A DNA stretch of 64,000 bases from Felis catus (lineage: Eukaryota): positions 21,330,001 to 21,394,000 of the forward strand of contig NC_058383.1 in the NCBI RefSeq assembly GCF_018350175.1, read 5' to 3'. Both the position numbers and the translations under genes were made by a program. Below, one piece after another: positions 24,134 through 36,691 of the stretch; positions within the stretch are counted from its first letter, which is position 1, and each line of letters starts with the position of its first letter. Under the pieces are notes generated by a model. That model did not search any database and was not told the origin of the DNA. It saw only the letters and a list, made by a program, of their open reading frames with translations.

Positions 24134-25882
24134 GTAAGGACTGTGCTCTTTGCTTTGGGTGTGAAAATGGATGATACAGGTTTGTGGTAGCAGGAGTAGA
24201 CCAGAGGCAGCCAAACCTGGGGAGCGCTGGCCTGCACCTCTTGCCCCCCATCGCTGAAAGTACTCTGGGAGGGGGTGGGGGGGTTGTTGCTGCAAAGGGC
24301 CGTTCTCGGGCTAGAGCGCAGCATGGATTTGCATATTTGGAGCCTGTGGAAGGAAGATAGGTGGAGTCCAAGGACTGTGAGGAATCCAGCATCTGAGCCT
24401 TGTATAAAGCAGCTAGCAGAATTGCAGTATAATAAGTCAAAGATACAGTGTTGCACTGTCTAGGATAAGTAGCATAAGAATGTATAACCGAAAAAACGTG
24501 AAAAGTGGAATTGTAGAAAAAGGCAAGAAAGGAAAGAAAAAGGAACACAAAGTAGACGAGTCAAATGGAAAACACAGGAAAATGGTAAATGTAAATCCAA
24601 ATACATCATTTGTTACAAACGTAAAAGACTAAGATGATCAGTCGTCTAAAAAGGCAATTAAATATAGCCTACAAGAGATACATGTGAAGACCAGAGGCCT
24701 TGAAATTAAAAGATAGAAAAAGATACACCACATACCATGTAAACGGAGGCTGGCGTTGAAATCTGGGGACTGGGAACATGCAGAACTAAAGTGGCAGTTA
24801 GTGACTGTGTGACAGTAAGCACATCCTGTAAGAACTTGGAGCTTCAGTTTTTTCATCAGTTAATTGCAACTGAGGATTCCAGGGTTGTTAGTGTGAAATG
24901 AGATAATAGATTAAAAAAAATCGATGACGGCATTCCGCAAATGTTAACTGCGGGGAGGCATTGCCCGGTGTCACTGTTACCAGGAAAGTTTCTCCACTCC
25001 GCCTGATGAAAAGATGGTGAATTCTTAGGGTGGAAAGATAAATCCAGGAAGGAGAGCGGGGGCGGGGGGGGAGGTGTCCTCATGACCGCATCTGTTCAAG
25101 GGAGACAGCTCAGGAAAAGACGGGAAGATACATCGTACACATACAGGTGCTCAGCAATCTGGAAATCCATAGACACGAGGGCGGGCCCAGACTCGGGAAA
25201 GCAGTGCCTGCCCTGGAGGAGGCCACCTGGTGAGACTGAGGACAGAAGTGACTTCATCTTACAAAACGCACAGAAAGCAGTTTAACAAACTGTATTCAGA
25301 CACGTCCTGAAAAGGTTTACTCTGCTGTAACAGCACAGCGTCTGCCTATCTTGCAGATCATTTCCACTCTCCAAGTAGAGGACTCAGTGACATCAAAGAC
25401 TACTCTGGACACAGTTGTACTCTTCAAGGAAGGCTGGCTAAAAACGTGTCCTGATCTGTTATTCTTAGCCATTTAGAGAAGATAGCTGTATCCTCAGTTG
25501 ACCGCCATAGCCATGGCAGATTTGGGGGACTGCATTCTTCCTGTGCCAAGGAAACTTTGAGATCAGTTTATCAACTTCAATTTCGAAATCCCATTGGGAT
25601 TTAGACCTTACAGATTCATTTGGGAATTGATGTCTGCACAGTTTGAGTCTTCCTATCCAGAAACGGAGTGTCTTTCCATTTTTTATAGTTCATTTATGTC
25701 TTTCAGTAAATTACCGATTTTTTCTTTTATATAGACCCTCTCCTTTATTTTGCACATCTTATTCCCAGGTTTATCATAGTTCCTATTGCCACAGTGAATG
25801 GGATTTGCTTTCCTTTACTCTTTATATTTAGAGGCTATAGACTCTTTTTCTTACATCTTTGAACTTTATCCTTCCCTGGCAG

Positions 25883-26374
25883 GTGTGCACTGGGGCTACG
25901 AGGAAACCAAGACTTTTCTTGATATCCTGCGGGAGACTCGGTTCTACGAAGCCCTCCAAGCCTGTCATCGGAAGAGCAAGCTGTACGGGGCCGTGGCTGA
26001 ACAACTCCGGGAGTGCGGCTTCCTCCGGACGCCAGAGCAGTGCCGGACCAAGTTCAAAAGCCTCCAGAAGAGCTACCGCAAAGTGAAAAATGGTCACGTG
26101 CTGGAGTCCTGTGCATTCTACAAGGAGATGGACGCGCTGATCAACTCTCGGGCCGCTGCCCCTTCCGCCGACACTCCAGAAGAAGTCCCATCACCCTCAG
26201 GGCAAGAGAGAGAGGAGGTTGAGATGGAGTCCCAGGAACCCACAGGTTGGGAACCTGAGGAGACCTCACAGGAGGCAACGGGAGAAGATTCTGGCAGCGA
26301 GAGAATGAGTGAGGAGGAAATCGTACACGAGTCGGAATTCCAGGGGCCCCCGGGTCTACTGCAAAGCCCGAGCG
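25883..26374 (+). CDS. ZKSCAN2: ZKSCAN2 coding exon 6 (Myb/SANT-like domain 2 plus acidic region)
   Basis: Acceptor ccttccctggc[15 protein letters not shown]...; donor G|GTAAG; 492 nt, phase 1-1. Confidence 0.95.
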
Positions 26375-27642
26375 GTAAGGACCATCAGGGGAAAGTGGGA
26401 TTTACTGAGAAATCAGTAGCTCTGGCATTTTGCTTGTGAGTATTTATTCATTCCACAAATATTTGAGTGCCCCGTGTTACATGAGGAACAGGGGATGTAG
26501 CAGCGAATAAAACACAGTCTCTTTTCTCACGGCGCTTCTATTCAGGGAAGGAGCTTACATTCTAGGGATTCAGTCTGTGGGATCTCAGCCTCAGTGTTGG
26601 TCTGTACGGCCCCATGTTTCATCTCTTCTGAAAATCCTGTGCGGAAGAAGAACTTGGAATTACACATGACATATGTGGAGAAAAAACTCAGAGCAAGTAG
26701 GCTGAAAACACAGACATCTCAGTTCTCTGTGATGTGCGTGAGGAAGAGTCTAGGCAGCGACAAAACGAGAGAGAGACTCTGTTCTGGTTCCCAGCCCCGC
26801 AGCCCCACCTGCGTGTTTCCCTGCTGACTGCTGGTACCCTCGCGGGCATCTACCTCTGCAGCGGCCCAGACCTAAAATTTTCAAAACTAAGTCACCGTCT
26901 TTCTTCCCACACCTTGGGGCTTTCCTGTGTCCTCTCACATCCAGCCTGAACACATTAGAGACGTTTCTGATGCTTTCTCCCTCATATACATCGAGGCAGA
27001 TAACATTTTTTTGTCAGCGGTTCTGGAACTTCTGTCCCCTCTTTAGTCAGCACAGCCACTGCCCTGGTTCAGCCTTTTTCTGTCTCTGGCCTAGACTTTT
27101 GTAAAAGTCTCCAAACCAGGTTCCCCCATCAGTCTTGTGTTAAGTTCCACAGCCCTCCTCAGTCTGAGCTCCTCTTTCTGCGCTCACCTGTTACCATCTT
27201 CCTTCCAGCACTCTGTGCTTACTCAAAACAAACGCTAGAGAAGGAACGTACATATGTTTTCTGCTAGTGTTTACATGGGAAATTGTAGTTTGAAGGCTGA
27301 AACCATTAAGCGCTACATGACCCTGGTTTTGGTTACTGGAAACAAAGTCCTTTGGTGCCATCCCTTATGAATCTCATTTTTTAAATCGAGCTACAGACCT
27401 GTCCACGAATTGTCAGATTCTGTCAGAGCCAACCGTGAGGCTATGACTTCCTCCAAACCCCGGGACGATGTTGGACCCAATGAGGTTGCTTCAGAAGAAC
27501 TGCAAAATGAGAGAAGATGATGGCATGGTTAGGGCTTTCCCTTAATGGACCGACTGATGGGTGCCCTCCTCTCCCCAACCCATGCCACAGCCACCAAACT
27601 TGGGAGGGAGGGATATCTGCAGTTTCAGCTCTGTGCTTGAAA

Positions 27643-27708
27643 GGAGAGGGGTGCGTGCAGGGAGAGGGGTGCGTGCAGGGAGAGGCGTGTGTGCAGGGAG
27701 AGGCGTGT
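27643..27708 (+). repeat. 18-bp minisatellite (about 3.7 copies)
   Basis: ggagaggggtgcgtgcag x2, ggagaggcgtgtgtgcag, then a partial fourth unit. Confidence 0.9.
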
Positions 27709-27829
27709 TGAAACTGGCAAGTAGAAACAAGGCAGCACAGCAAAGTGCTGAGGAACGAGGGTTTGGGGGTAAGACAAACCTGGATGGAATAATATGATGT
27801 CTGGAATTTGATTCAAAATAATCTGGGTA

Positions 27830-28081
27830 GGGGCACCAGGGTGGCTCAATCAGCTGAGTGTCCGACTCTTGATTTCAGCTCAGGTCATGGTCCCAGGGTT
27901 GTGGGATTGAGCCCTGCGTTGGGCTCTGCACTGACAGCACAGAGCCTGCTTGGGATTCTCTCTCCCTCTGCCCTTCTTCCCTGCTCGTGCATGCACATGC
28001 TCTCCCTCTCTTTCCCTCCCTCTCTTTAAAAAAAATAAATAATAATAATAATAATAATGATGATGATAATAATAATAATAA
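27830..28081 (+). mobile_element. SINEC in ZKSCAN2 intron 6 with (AAT)n tail
   Basis: ggggcaccagggtggctca head; flanks aataatctgggtag / aatgacctgggtag. Confidence 0.9.
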
Positions 28082-28948
28082 TGACCTGGGTAGAGGGAAG
28101 CAGGTGGGAATGGAGGTGAAATTAGATTGACCAGAAGTAGGTTATTGTCAAAGCCAGGTGAGTGGTTTGTGGAGGTTCGTGTTACATACCGTAGTCTCTA
28201 CTTTGCTACATGTTTGAATTTTCCATAATAAAAAGTTAATACAGAACCACATAGTTAATAAGTGGCCAGGATGCAATCCGAACCAGGGCTGTGTGATTCC
28301 AAAGCCTGTGTCTTTCCACCACCTCACTCTTGTCTGTCGAGCAGACTTCCTGGAGAGCTGGCATCCAGGATGCACCTTGCAGTGTGTGTGGGGCGTGGGT
28401 GAAAGCGTGAGGGAAGGTAATTCCAGTTTGGGGGAGGGGATGGGGAGAATTAGGATTTGAGCCCGTGTGGCCCGTGTGCGAGACAGCCAGAGAAAAGCAG
28501 TGACAGAGACCATTTGGGGAGGAGAAAGAAACGTGATCAGATATTGATGAACTTGGAGGTCCATTGAGGAACCTGGGCACTGGACTCTGCTCTGAGCGCT
28601 AGTGCCACACGGGGTGTGTGAGCGCAGATGTGAAATTTTGAAAGCAGGGTGGGAAGGAGTGGAACTTGGGGAGAAAGCTGAGCTGGTCCCGTGTGACTCA
28701 GGACATGGATGGGGAATAACAGTTTGCTTTGGAAAACATTTCTGGAAGCCTCCTTTGTACGAGGTGTTGCTGGCCGTGGGGGGAACAGAGTGCAAATAAG
28801 GCGTAATGAATCAGAGAAGGGTAACAGGACTTAAGAGGCCAGAGGACAATACAGGGATCCTAACAAAGCCTCGTAGGCCGTGTTGTTTGTGTTAATATGG
28901 GACCGCTCGGAAATCTTTCTCGTCTTTCGTTTCTTTCTTCCTTTCCAG

Positions 28949-29871
28949 ATTTTGAAATTGGACGTAGTATCAAGGAGGATGCAACACAGGTAATCTACAA
29001 GGACATGGAACAGCATCGGGCACTGATAGAAAAGTCTAAGAGGGTTGTTTCCCAGAACGCTGATCCAGGTAAATACCGGAAAAGGGAATGCATCTCAGGA
29101 AGACAGTGGGAAAGCCTTCAAGCGGTCAGGCAGGGAAAGCTGATGGCTCAGCCTCGAGATTTAGGGAGAGCCGCAGCGCATCCGAGGCCTTTGGTGGGGA
29201 GGAGACCCTACCGGCTTCTCAAATACGGAGACGGCTTCGGGAGGAATGCTCGTCTGATGTGCCGGGTCACCCACCAGAAGGAAAACCCTTACCAGTGCGG
29301 TGTCTGCGGGAAGTGCTTCGGCAGGAGCAGGAGCCTAATCAGACACCAAAGAATCCACACGGGAGAAAAGCCGTTCAAGTGTCTTGACTGTGGGAAAAGC
29401 TTTAACGACTCCTCCAACTTTGGTGCCCACCAGAGAATCCACACGGGGGAGAAGCCCTACAGGTGCGGAGAGTGTGGAAAGTGCTTCAGTCAGAGCTCCA
29501 GCCTCGTCATCCACCAGAGGACGCACACGGGAGAGAAGCCTTATCAGTGCGGGGAGTGCGGGAAGAGCTTCACCAACAGCTCCCATTTCAGCGCCCACCG
29601 CAGGGTGCACACTGGCGAGAACCCCTACAAATGTGTGGACTGCGAAAAAAGCTTCAATAACTGTACGAGGTTTCGCGAGCACCGGAGGATACACACCGGA
29701 GAGAAGCCCTACGGCTGTGCCCAGTGTGGCAAACGTTTCAGTAAGAGCTCTGTCCTCGCCAAGCACCGGGAGGTTCATTCCAGAGAGAAGCTTCTGCCAC
29801 ACCCACCGCCCGCCTGTGCCCTGGAGAGCCCGCCGAAGGGAAAGACTGATGACTTCAGGAAAACGTTTTGA
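28949..29871 (+). CDS. ZKSCAN2: ZKSCAN2 coding exon 7 (six C2H2 zinc fingers, TGA stop)
   Basis: Acceptor ttcttcctttccAG; six CxxC...HxxxH fingers with TGEKP/TGENP linkers; ends FRKTF-TGA; summed CDS 2910 nt = 969 aa. Confidence 0.97.
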
Positions 29872-32800
29872 CGTTGACGTCTCCTCCTCCTAACGTGCCC
29901 CTTTAGTCGTTTCACCCGATCTCATCCTCGGAAGCGATCTTCTCTTAGCTCGGGAGGGTGATTCCCGAGGCCAGCTTGACAATATACATAAACCAACCAA
30001 GGGCCTGCCTCGCGTCCTCACCTCTGCCTCTGACTTGACCTATCCGTTCCTCTCCTTCTGTGCGTCTCAACGTCTCCCTTGGCCAAGTGGGGAGGACATC
30101 TGTCAGGGTTCAGAACGGCGGCCCCTTCGGCATGTCAAGGCCTCTGCTGCGGGACTGCCGAGTCCAGCAACATTCAAGGTCCCTCCGCGCTGTGAAAGTT
30201 GTTTTCGAGCAGACCCGACCTGCCGAAGGTTTCCCGTTGTCCACCGCGTGGGATCCTGGATGCAACTTGATCCCAGATTTCTTTTAGGGGTAGAACTTTC
30301 AGGAGTCTGATCAGGATGACATCGCATGCATCTTGGTTTTGAAGGCAGTCGTTAAGGAGATTGAACCCCCTTCAGAAGTCTGTTGCAATTGTGCCCTTTT
30401 GGTGGCCGGTTGACCCACAGAGCGAGGGTGGAGGTTCTGCCACTGAAACCATGTTACTGTCCCCTCACCCTCCGTGGAGATGAGAAGCAACCCACCACCC
30501 ACCAGGCTGACCCTTTCTGCACCTGAAGACGGAACCCCTCTGCCCCCGGCTGCGGTTTCCCCAGCCGCTACGTAATTATCCGGTTCCTTTTACCGTTTCT
30601 CGTAAGTCCCACACTTACCTCTTAGTTGTTCCGGGTGCTCTTATCTGACTCTCCTGAACTACCGGGCCCTCTCCAGATTGAACAGGATGCGTGCCTGTGG
30701 TGTGTGGCATTAACATAAAGTAGAATCTTCATTCAGACACGTTCTGCCCTCCACCTGCTCTGGGTCTTACCTAGAACGCGACTGGCATGTTGGCACATTT
30801 TATGCCTCCCAACCCACGGCTTAGTATGACGTTACATAATAATAGTTTTCTAAAACTTTAAGAGGTTAGGGAGGAAGTGAGGTAGAAACCGGAAACATTC
30901 TCTAACAGCATTCAGACCTCCCCTTGGGCCTGCTGTAGATCAGATCCCCACCTCATTCAGAGCACCACCTCCAGGCTGTTTGTTAAATACACCCTCCGTC
31001 TCTGAGGCTTCTAGTCCCTGTTCCTAGGGTCGTCAACCTAACTGTAGAGCCCGGAGTAATTTATATACTCTGTAGTTACTGAGTGAAAAGTGGAAAGATG
31101 TGCAGAAACTTCCAATCCAGAACACTGTTGTTTTCCTCGTTTACCTGTAGGTCTGAGAAATCTCTTCAATAACCCCCTCACACTAGCCCAACGGGTATTG
31201 AAGGAAAAGTCAAAATGGGGAGGTGGGGGTGGGAAGGGAGGTAACTAATTCATTCCTGGAAGTTACAGGTGAAACCAGGGAACCTGGTCATCCAAGGCTG
31301 GTTCCTCCAGGATGAGACCAGTGACATTTATACTCTTAGTACATAGGCAACCTGGGGCGGCTTTGGCTTAGGGAAGGGAAGTCCCGACTTTAGTGGAAGG
31401 ACAGCCAGAGTCAGGGCTGTGTAGAGATTATACTTTTGATCTTACCTCCTCTCCCGTGTCAGGTGTCCTCTTACTTGGAGACATCTGGAGATCATGTTTT
31501 TCCTTTGAGGACGTTTGAATCTTTCCAAGCCTGTTCAGCAGAATACCAAGGAGGGTGGGCGGTGTAGAAAGACGTCGAGTTCGTGGTGCCAGAATAGGGT
31601 GTGGCCTGCCGGAAGGCAGGTGACTCAGGTACGCATTGATAGATGTTTCTGATTTACATTGGTTGGAGATGTTACGATTGTTCACACCTCAGTAGGTTGA
31701 CTTCCTGCGTGTGGTCCGAGTTATAGACTTTTAACGGTGAGTGCAGTGTCTTGTCGGTAGTGTGCCTAGCACAGTAAGACGCGTGCGTGCCCGTGGGCGT
31801 GTGCTGATAGTGCGTAGATGCTCTGGAATCCCAGTGCTAGAGAAGATGCACATTGATAGGAATCACCACTTAGCGATGTGTACACAGGACTGATAACTAT
31901 ATTGAAGCATGATTCAGGAAAGTAGATGATTTATTCATACGTATTTATTAAGTACTGCTATGTGTAAGGCCGTCTCCCAGGCACAGTGAGGGGATGCGGA
32001 AGTGGAAGAAGACACGGTGCCCGTGCTCCAGGAACCTGCAGTCTGACAGAGGAAGTGTCGCGGCAAAAGGTCATTAGTGCCGGTTACCTTCGTGTCACTT
32101 GCCGAAGGTCGTGACTCGACTGTGAGAAAATCACTTTCACCTGCAAAAGAGTTTTTCCGAATTGCCCCAAATTGTACCTGCGCCTCTCAGACGTGCCCGA
32201 TGGCGGGAAGGGTGCAGGATTCATTCCATCTCGAGCGGAACACGCGGGTCCTGTGGAAGTCTCGTACGTCTGGGGTCGCGCAGAGGTGGAACCGGGGTTC
32301 CCCTACCCGTATTCCTGATGGTAAATGGGCTGTTTGGACATGGGTTAAACTGACTTCCTGAACTCTGTCTCTGTTCTGAGGAAATAGAAGGTCCCACCCA
32401 CCGTCTTAGGCCAAGACATCTTGCATTCTGTCTTTTTCCAACTGGAGCATGAAAGTCAAAATGAGTAGTGATGTGTCTTTTATATCACATTACATTGCCT
32501 TTATGAAGATCCATAGGAAAAGGTTTTTTTCTGGGTCTCGGTACCAGGGAAAGCTCTGATCCTAAGCAGAAAAAAAAAAAAAAAATTACAAACACTGTGA
32601 TTTTTATAACTTCTTCCTTTTCTCTCTCTGTTCCGGCTGCTGGAAAGCTCAACAAAACATACAGGCCACCTCAGCCAATTACCTAAAACCCGTATTTGTT
32701 TGACCCTACTGTGTTTCTTTAAAAATTATGCCCAGTCCTATTTTTTTAGAGTAGTTCGAATTAGTAGACATTTTATTCTCTGACATCTTATCCAAGGCAC

Positions 32801-33590
32801 TTTGGAGACTGGCCTGTATTCCCTGCCTACACTTGCTTTGTTACCCCACAAATACCTCCAGTTCCTACCGGTGACTTTATTACCCATATGCCCTAATTTA
32901 TTCATAAACCTTCTTTGAAGAGGGAAACTTCACACATACGCTTAAGCCCCTCAGGGCCACCTGCCCCAGGCGACTGAGCATTAGACCAGAAACCAAAAGG
33001 GACACGTTTTAGTCTTGTCGCTATCACTGAGTGTCGTGTGACACATCTCTGCCTCTCTGGCCCGTGTTCCTTATCTGGAGACACGTTGAACTTGATCTGC
33101 AAGACTGCTCTGGCTCTAATGTTTAGTGAGATGACGGGGCACAGTGTAGATGAGGAAGAGGTCATAAGGCCAGGTGCCCAGCCTGGCCCACCACGGCGTG
33201 CGACGTGCAGGCCACACGGAACTGCTGCGTGCTTTGGGAAGAGGGGTGCCGGGAGCCCGCGCGGTGCGGAGAAAGGCCAGGTCACTCGTGTCCACCAGCA
33301 GGCAGCCCCCGCCGCTCCCCCCCTCGGTAGCCAGTGGCAGGTGGCTGCGGTGATGGAAGCGGTGTGGGAGGTCTGGCGGCCGGGCCGGACTGGGCTGTGA
33401 CGAGTGGGGGCAGTCCCCAAAGCAAGGAGTGCCGGCCGCCCGTGCAGCTGTTCGCTCGGCCGCCGAGGGCGTTCCACCTGTCAGCGTGCGTCTCTTCGTT
33501 GTTCTGTATCTGCGTTCGCTTAGCTGTCTTCTTGAAAACTTGTCTGTGAAATAAATGTCTAAAATAAATGACTCCCGTTGGTTTTTGCCA
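29872..33590 (+). other. ZKSCAN2: Probable long ZKSCAN2 3'UTR
   Basis: SINE-free stretch from the stop codon to tandem AATAAA signals; exact end inferred. Confidence 0.65.
33550..33568 (+). terminator. Tandem polyadenylation signals of ZKSCAN2
   Basis: AATAAA at 33550-33555 and 33563-33568, followed by GU/U-rich gttggttttt. Confidence 0.7.
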
Positions 33591-34429
33591 TCATTTGAAG
33601 GAGGCGTTCTATTAAGGGAAAAGAGAACTTACAGAGGTAATAAAAGCAGGTCCCAGTGGCTGTGTCAAGAGAGCTTCGGAGTGACTGCAGCTCCCTGCTC
33701 TCCCTGCCCTGAGGGGCCGGGGGGCTTGCGAGGCCACCGCCGTTCGCTGTCACCGTCAGAGAAGTCCCAAGGAATGGCTCTGGTTCCAGGGTGGAGTTCG
33801 CCCTGGAGGCCCCCACGCACGGCCTCTCCTGGCGGCCTGAACAAGTATGGACGATCTCCCCAAAGACACAGGGCGGCTTTAGATTTACCGTTTTCCCTGG
33901 AAGAGTTCCAGCGGCAACAATTTCAACTCCACGGTCATAGAGTCAGGGTAGACACTTTGCCACTGGGCGAGGACGTGTTTCTAACTAAAGTGGCAGGCAC
34001 TGCGAGAAGAGTCCCGGGGTTCGGGAGCCATCCGCCTGAATGTGAGGTGGACCGCGTGTGCCTCTCCCGGGCTCCATAAGCCTCTGCCCTGTGCTGGACC
34101 GCCGGTGCCCGGTGTCCTCGCGAATTACAACTGCCGAGTCAGTGTCTAAGCATCCCTGGAAATTTCCCGTGTTTTCCTTGAGTAAATGGGCACAACCCTT
34201 TGGGAGGAAGTGAAGACGAATGCGTCATCCTCTGGCCTCCGTTCCCTCACAGACATCGAGGTCTGTGAACAGACCCAGGTCTGGGAATGACACGAGAGAC
34301 TTTAGAGCTCTAAGGGGAAAAACAATTCTGTAAGGGCTACAAATCTGCAATTTCTAGACACGGTTAAATCAACTAGACTTGAAGGGAGGTGAATGAGCGT
34401 TTTTGTGTTTAAGGACTAAAAGGAACATA

Positions 34430-34652
34430 GCTGGGGGCCGGGGAGTGGGAGGAACGGGCTTCCAGCGATGGAACCAGTACGTCACGGGATGAAGGGCCAG
34501 GGAACGTTGTCAATGTAATAGCGTTGAATGGTGACGGGTGGCAGTGTGAATACGCTTGTGAGCACAGCATAAGGACGGAGTTGCCCAATCACTGTCGTAT
34601 ACTTGAAACTAATATAACACGTGTCAACTATACTTCAATTAAAAAAAAAAAA
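34430..34652 (+). mobile_element. L1 3' end fragment (carnivore-type)
   Basis: tgaaactaatataacacgtgtcaactatacttcaatt followed by poly-A. Confidence 0.75.
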
Positions 34653-34665
34653 GGTCTACAGCTAG

Positions 34666-34700
<35 letters not shown>

Positions 34701-35126
34701 ACCCAAACTTCATGATGAGTACGAGGACACGAAGGGAAACCATGGCTTTGGGTTGCACGAGAGGTGAATACCGAAACCCACCTAGACATGGTGGCACTTA
34801 AGAATGGAGGAAGGGGGACAAGATCCGAAAGCCCGCGGCCTTAAGGCGTAAGGTGCTTGGATACCTGAGCACAGGGCCCGCGGGTCATGCTAGCGTGTTT
34901 GACATGGAAGGTGTGGAAGTGGCAGTAAGGGATCCCTCTTCCAAGAAGCTACCCTGGCCCGGACAAGCGCGACTGGGCACGCACCACGTCCGAGGACCAG
35001 CCCCAACGGCAGCACCGCAGGCATGGAGACAGACACTTGGCAGGAGGGTAGGAGACCGGCATTCTGCTCTTCGGGGCTGCCGCAACTCCCAGGGTTCTTG
35101 GACAGGCTGATGACGGAGAGTTGCAG

Positions 35127-35320
35127 AAGAGACTCTTAAATAGAACAAACAGGGCTGCTGGAGGGGAGGCGGGATGGACATAAAGGAGGGCACTTGCTGG
35201 GATGAGCGCTGGGTGTTACATGTAAGTGATGAATCACCGGGTTCTGCTCCTGAAACCGTTGTTACACTATATGTTACCTAACTTGGATTTAAATACATAA
35301 ATTAAAAAAAAAAAAAAAAA
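35127..35320 (+). mobile_element. L1 3'UTR fragment
   Basis: agagactcttaa...gagggcacttgctgggatgagcgctgggtgtt, resembling the L1 3'UTR at 63750-63860; poly-A. Confidence 0.8.
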
Positions 35321-35530
35321 AGACACCTGGGTGGATCACTTGGTTAAGCATCCGATTTCGGCTCAGGTCATGATCTCACAGTTCGTGGGTTCAAGCCCTG
35401 CGTCAGGCTCTATGCTGACAGCTCAGAGCCTGGAGCCTGCTTCACATTCTGTGTCTCCCTCTCTCTCTGCCCCTCCCCTGCTCATGCTCTGTCTCTCTCT
35501 GTCTCAAAAATAAATAAAACATTTAAAAAA
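35321..35530 (+). mobile_element. SINEC inserted in the L1 poly-A tail
   Basis: cctgggtgg...ggctcaggtcatgatctc...aataaataaa. Confidence 0.92.
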
Positions 35531-36458
35531 AATTTTTTTTAAGGAAAGAAAACTAGACTGTGTGTCCCAAATCCTGGATTCTATTGAGCTCTGCCATTAG
35601 ATCACTCTGTGATTTAGTCAAATTATTCAGCTGCGCCGGGTTTTGGGGTCAGGCAGCCGTGAGTGGTTCCCAACTTCTTCGCCTTTGAGAGGCCCAAAGA
35701 AGGTAGGTGAAAAAATAGACATGTGCGAAGGTCATTTAGAAGCTCCTTTCTAGACCTCCGCCCCTCACCATGACTCTGGAACCTGCAAAGTCAGAGCCTT
35801 TGATTACATCACACCACGTACCATGAGCTGACACGTCTTCCGTTTCGCCTGTACTGGGCATCGTGCGAAGGCTCTACAAACGTCAGGTTATACTCCCACG
35901 CATTCCGTGGCCCTGCCTCCGCTGTACAGAAAAAGCAGCGGAGAGACGTGAAGTTGCCTTTCTCAAGCTTACGCAGCAAAGAACGTGAACAGTCTTAAGA
36001 TCTAAGCTCGGATCTTGCTCAGAATCCAAACTCGTAGCCACTGCATTTTACCGTCATGGAGTTTCCAGCTCTGACATCCCCCGTTTCCAGTTCCTCCTTG
36101 TTCTGAGAAGACGAGAGGTGGGGTGGGGATGATCTGGGTCAAATTTGGATTCTACTCTGGAGGGTCTGAATGACTTTTGAGAGTCATTGGGATCAGCCTG
36201 CCTGTGCCATTCTTGTATTTATTTTTTATTTTTATTTATTTGTTTGCTTATTTATTTTTGCCTTTGGAGAGGTGATTTATTGCAGTAGATTCCCAGAACA
36301 TTAGAACTTGGAAAGGACTTGGAGAACTTAATATTACTGTCCTCATTTAAGAATAAAAAAAGAAAAAATTGACAAAATTTAAGAAATTTTCCTTGGTCAC
36401 AGGTCTAGAAAGTGGAAAAACTAGGTCCTAAATTTAGGGCCTTTTCACCGTAATATAA

Positions 36459-36651
36459 TTTTTTTAAGTTTATTTATTTTGAGAGAGACAGCACGCGAGA
36501 GGGGGAGAGGAGCAGAGAGGGAGAGAGAGAGAACCCCAAGCAGGCTCCGTGCTGCCAGCACAGAGCCCTGTGTGGGGCTCCAACTCACCAAGCTCCTGCC
36601 TTGAGCTGAAACCAAGAGTCACGCTCAACCAACAGAGCCACACAGGCTCTC
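36459..36651 (-). mobile_element. SINEC
   Basis: Reverse-complement SINE body and tail. Confidence 0.85.
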
Positions 36652-36691
36652 CATAATTTTGTATTATACTACACTAGTTATAATATGTTTA

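Noticed and set aside
29335..29893. Alternative-frame and antisense ORFs over the zinc-finger array
   Set aside because: Common by-product of GC3-rich repetitive C2H2 coding sequence; no independent evidence
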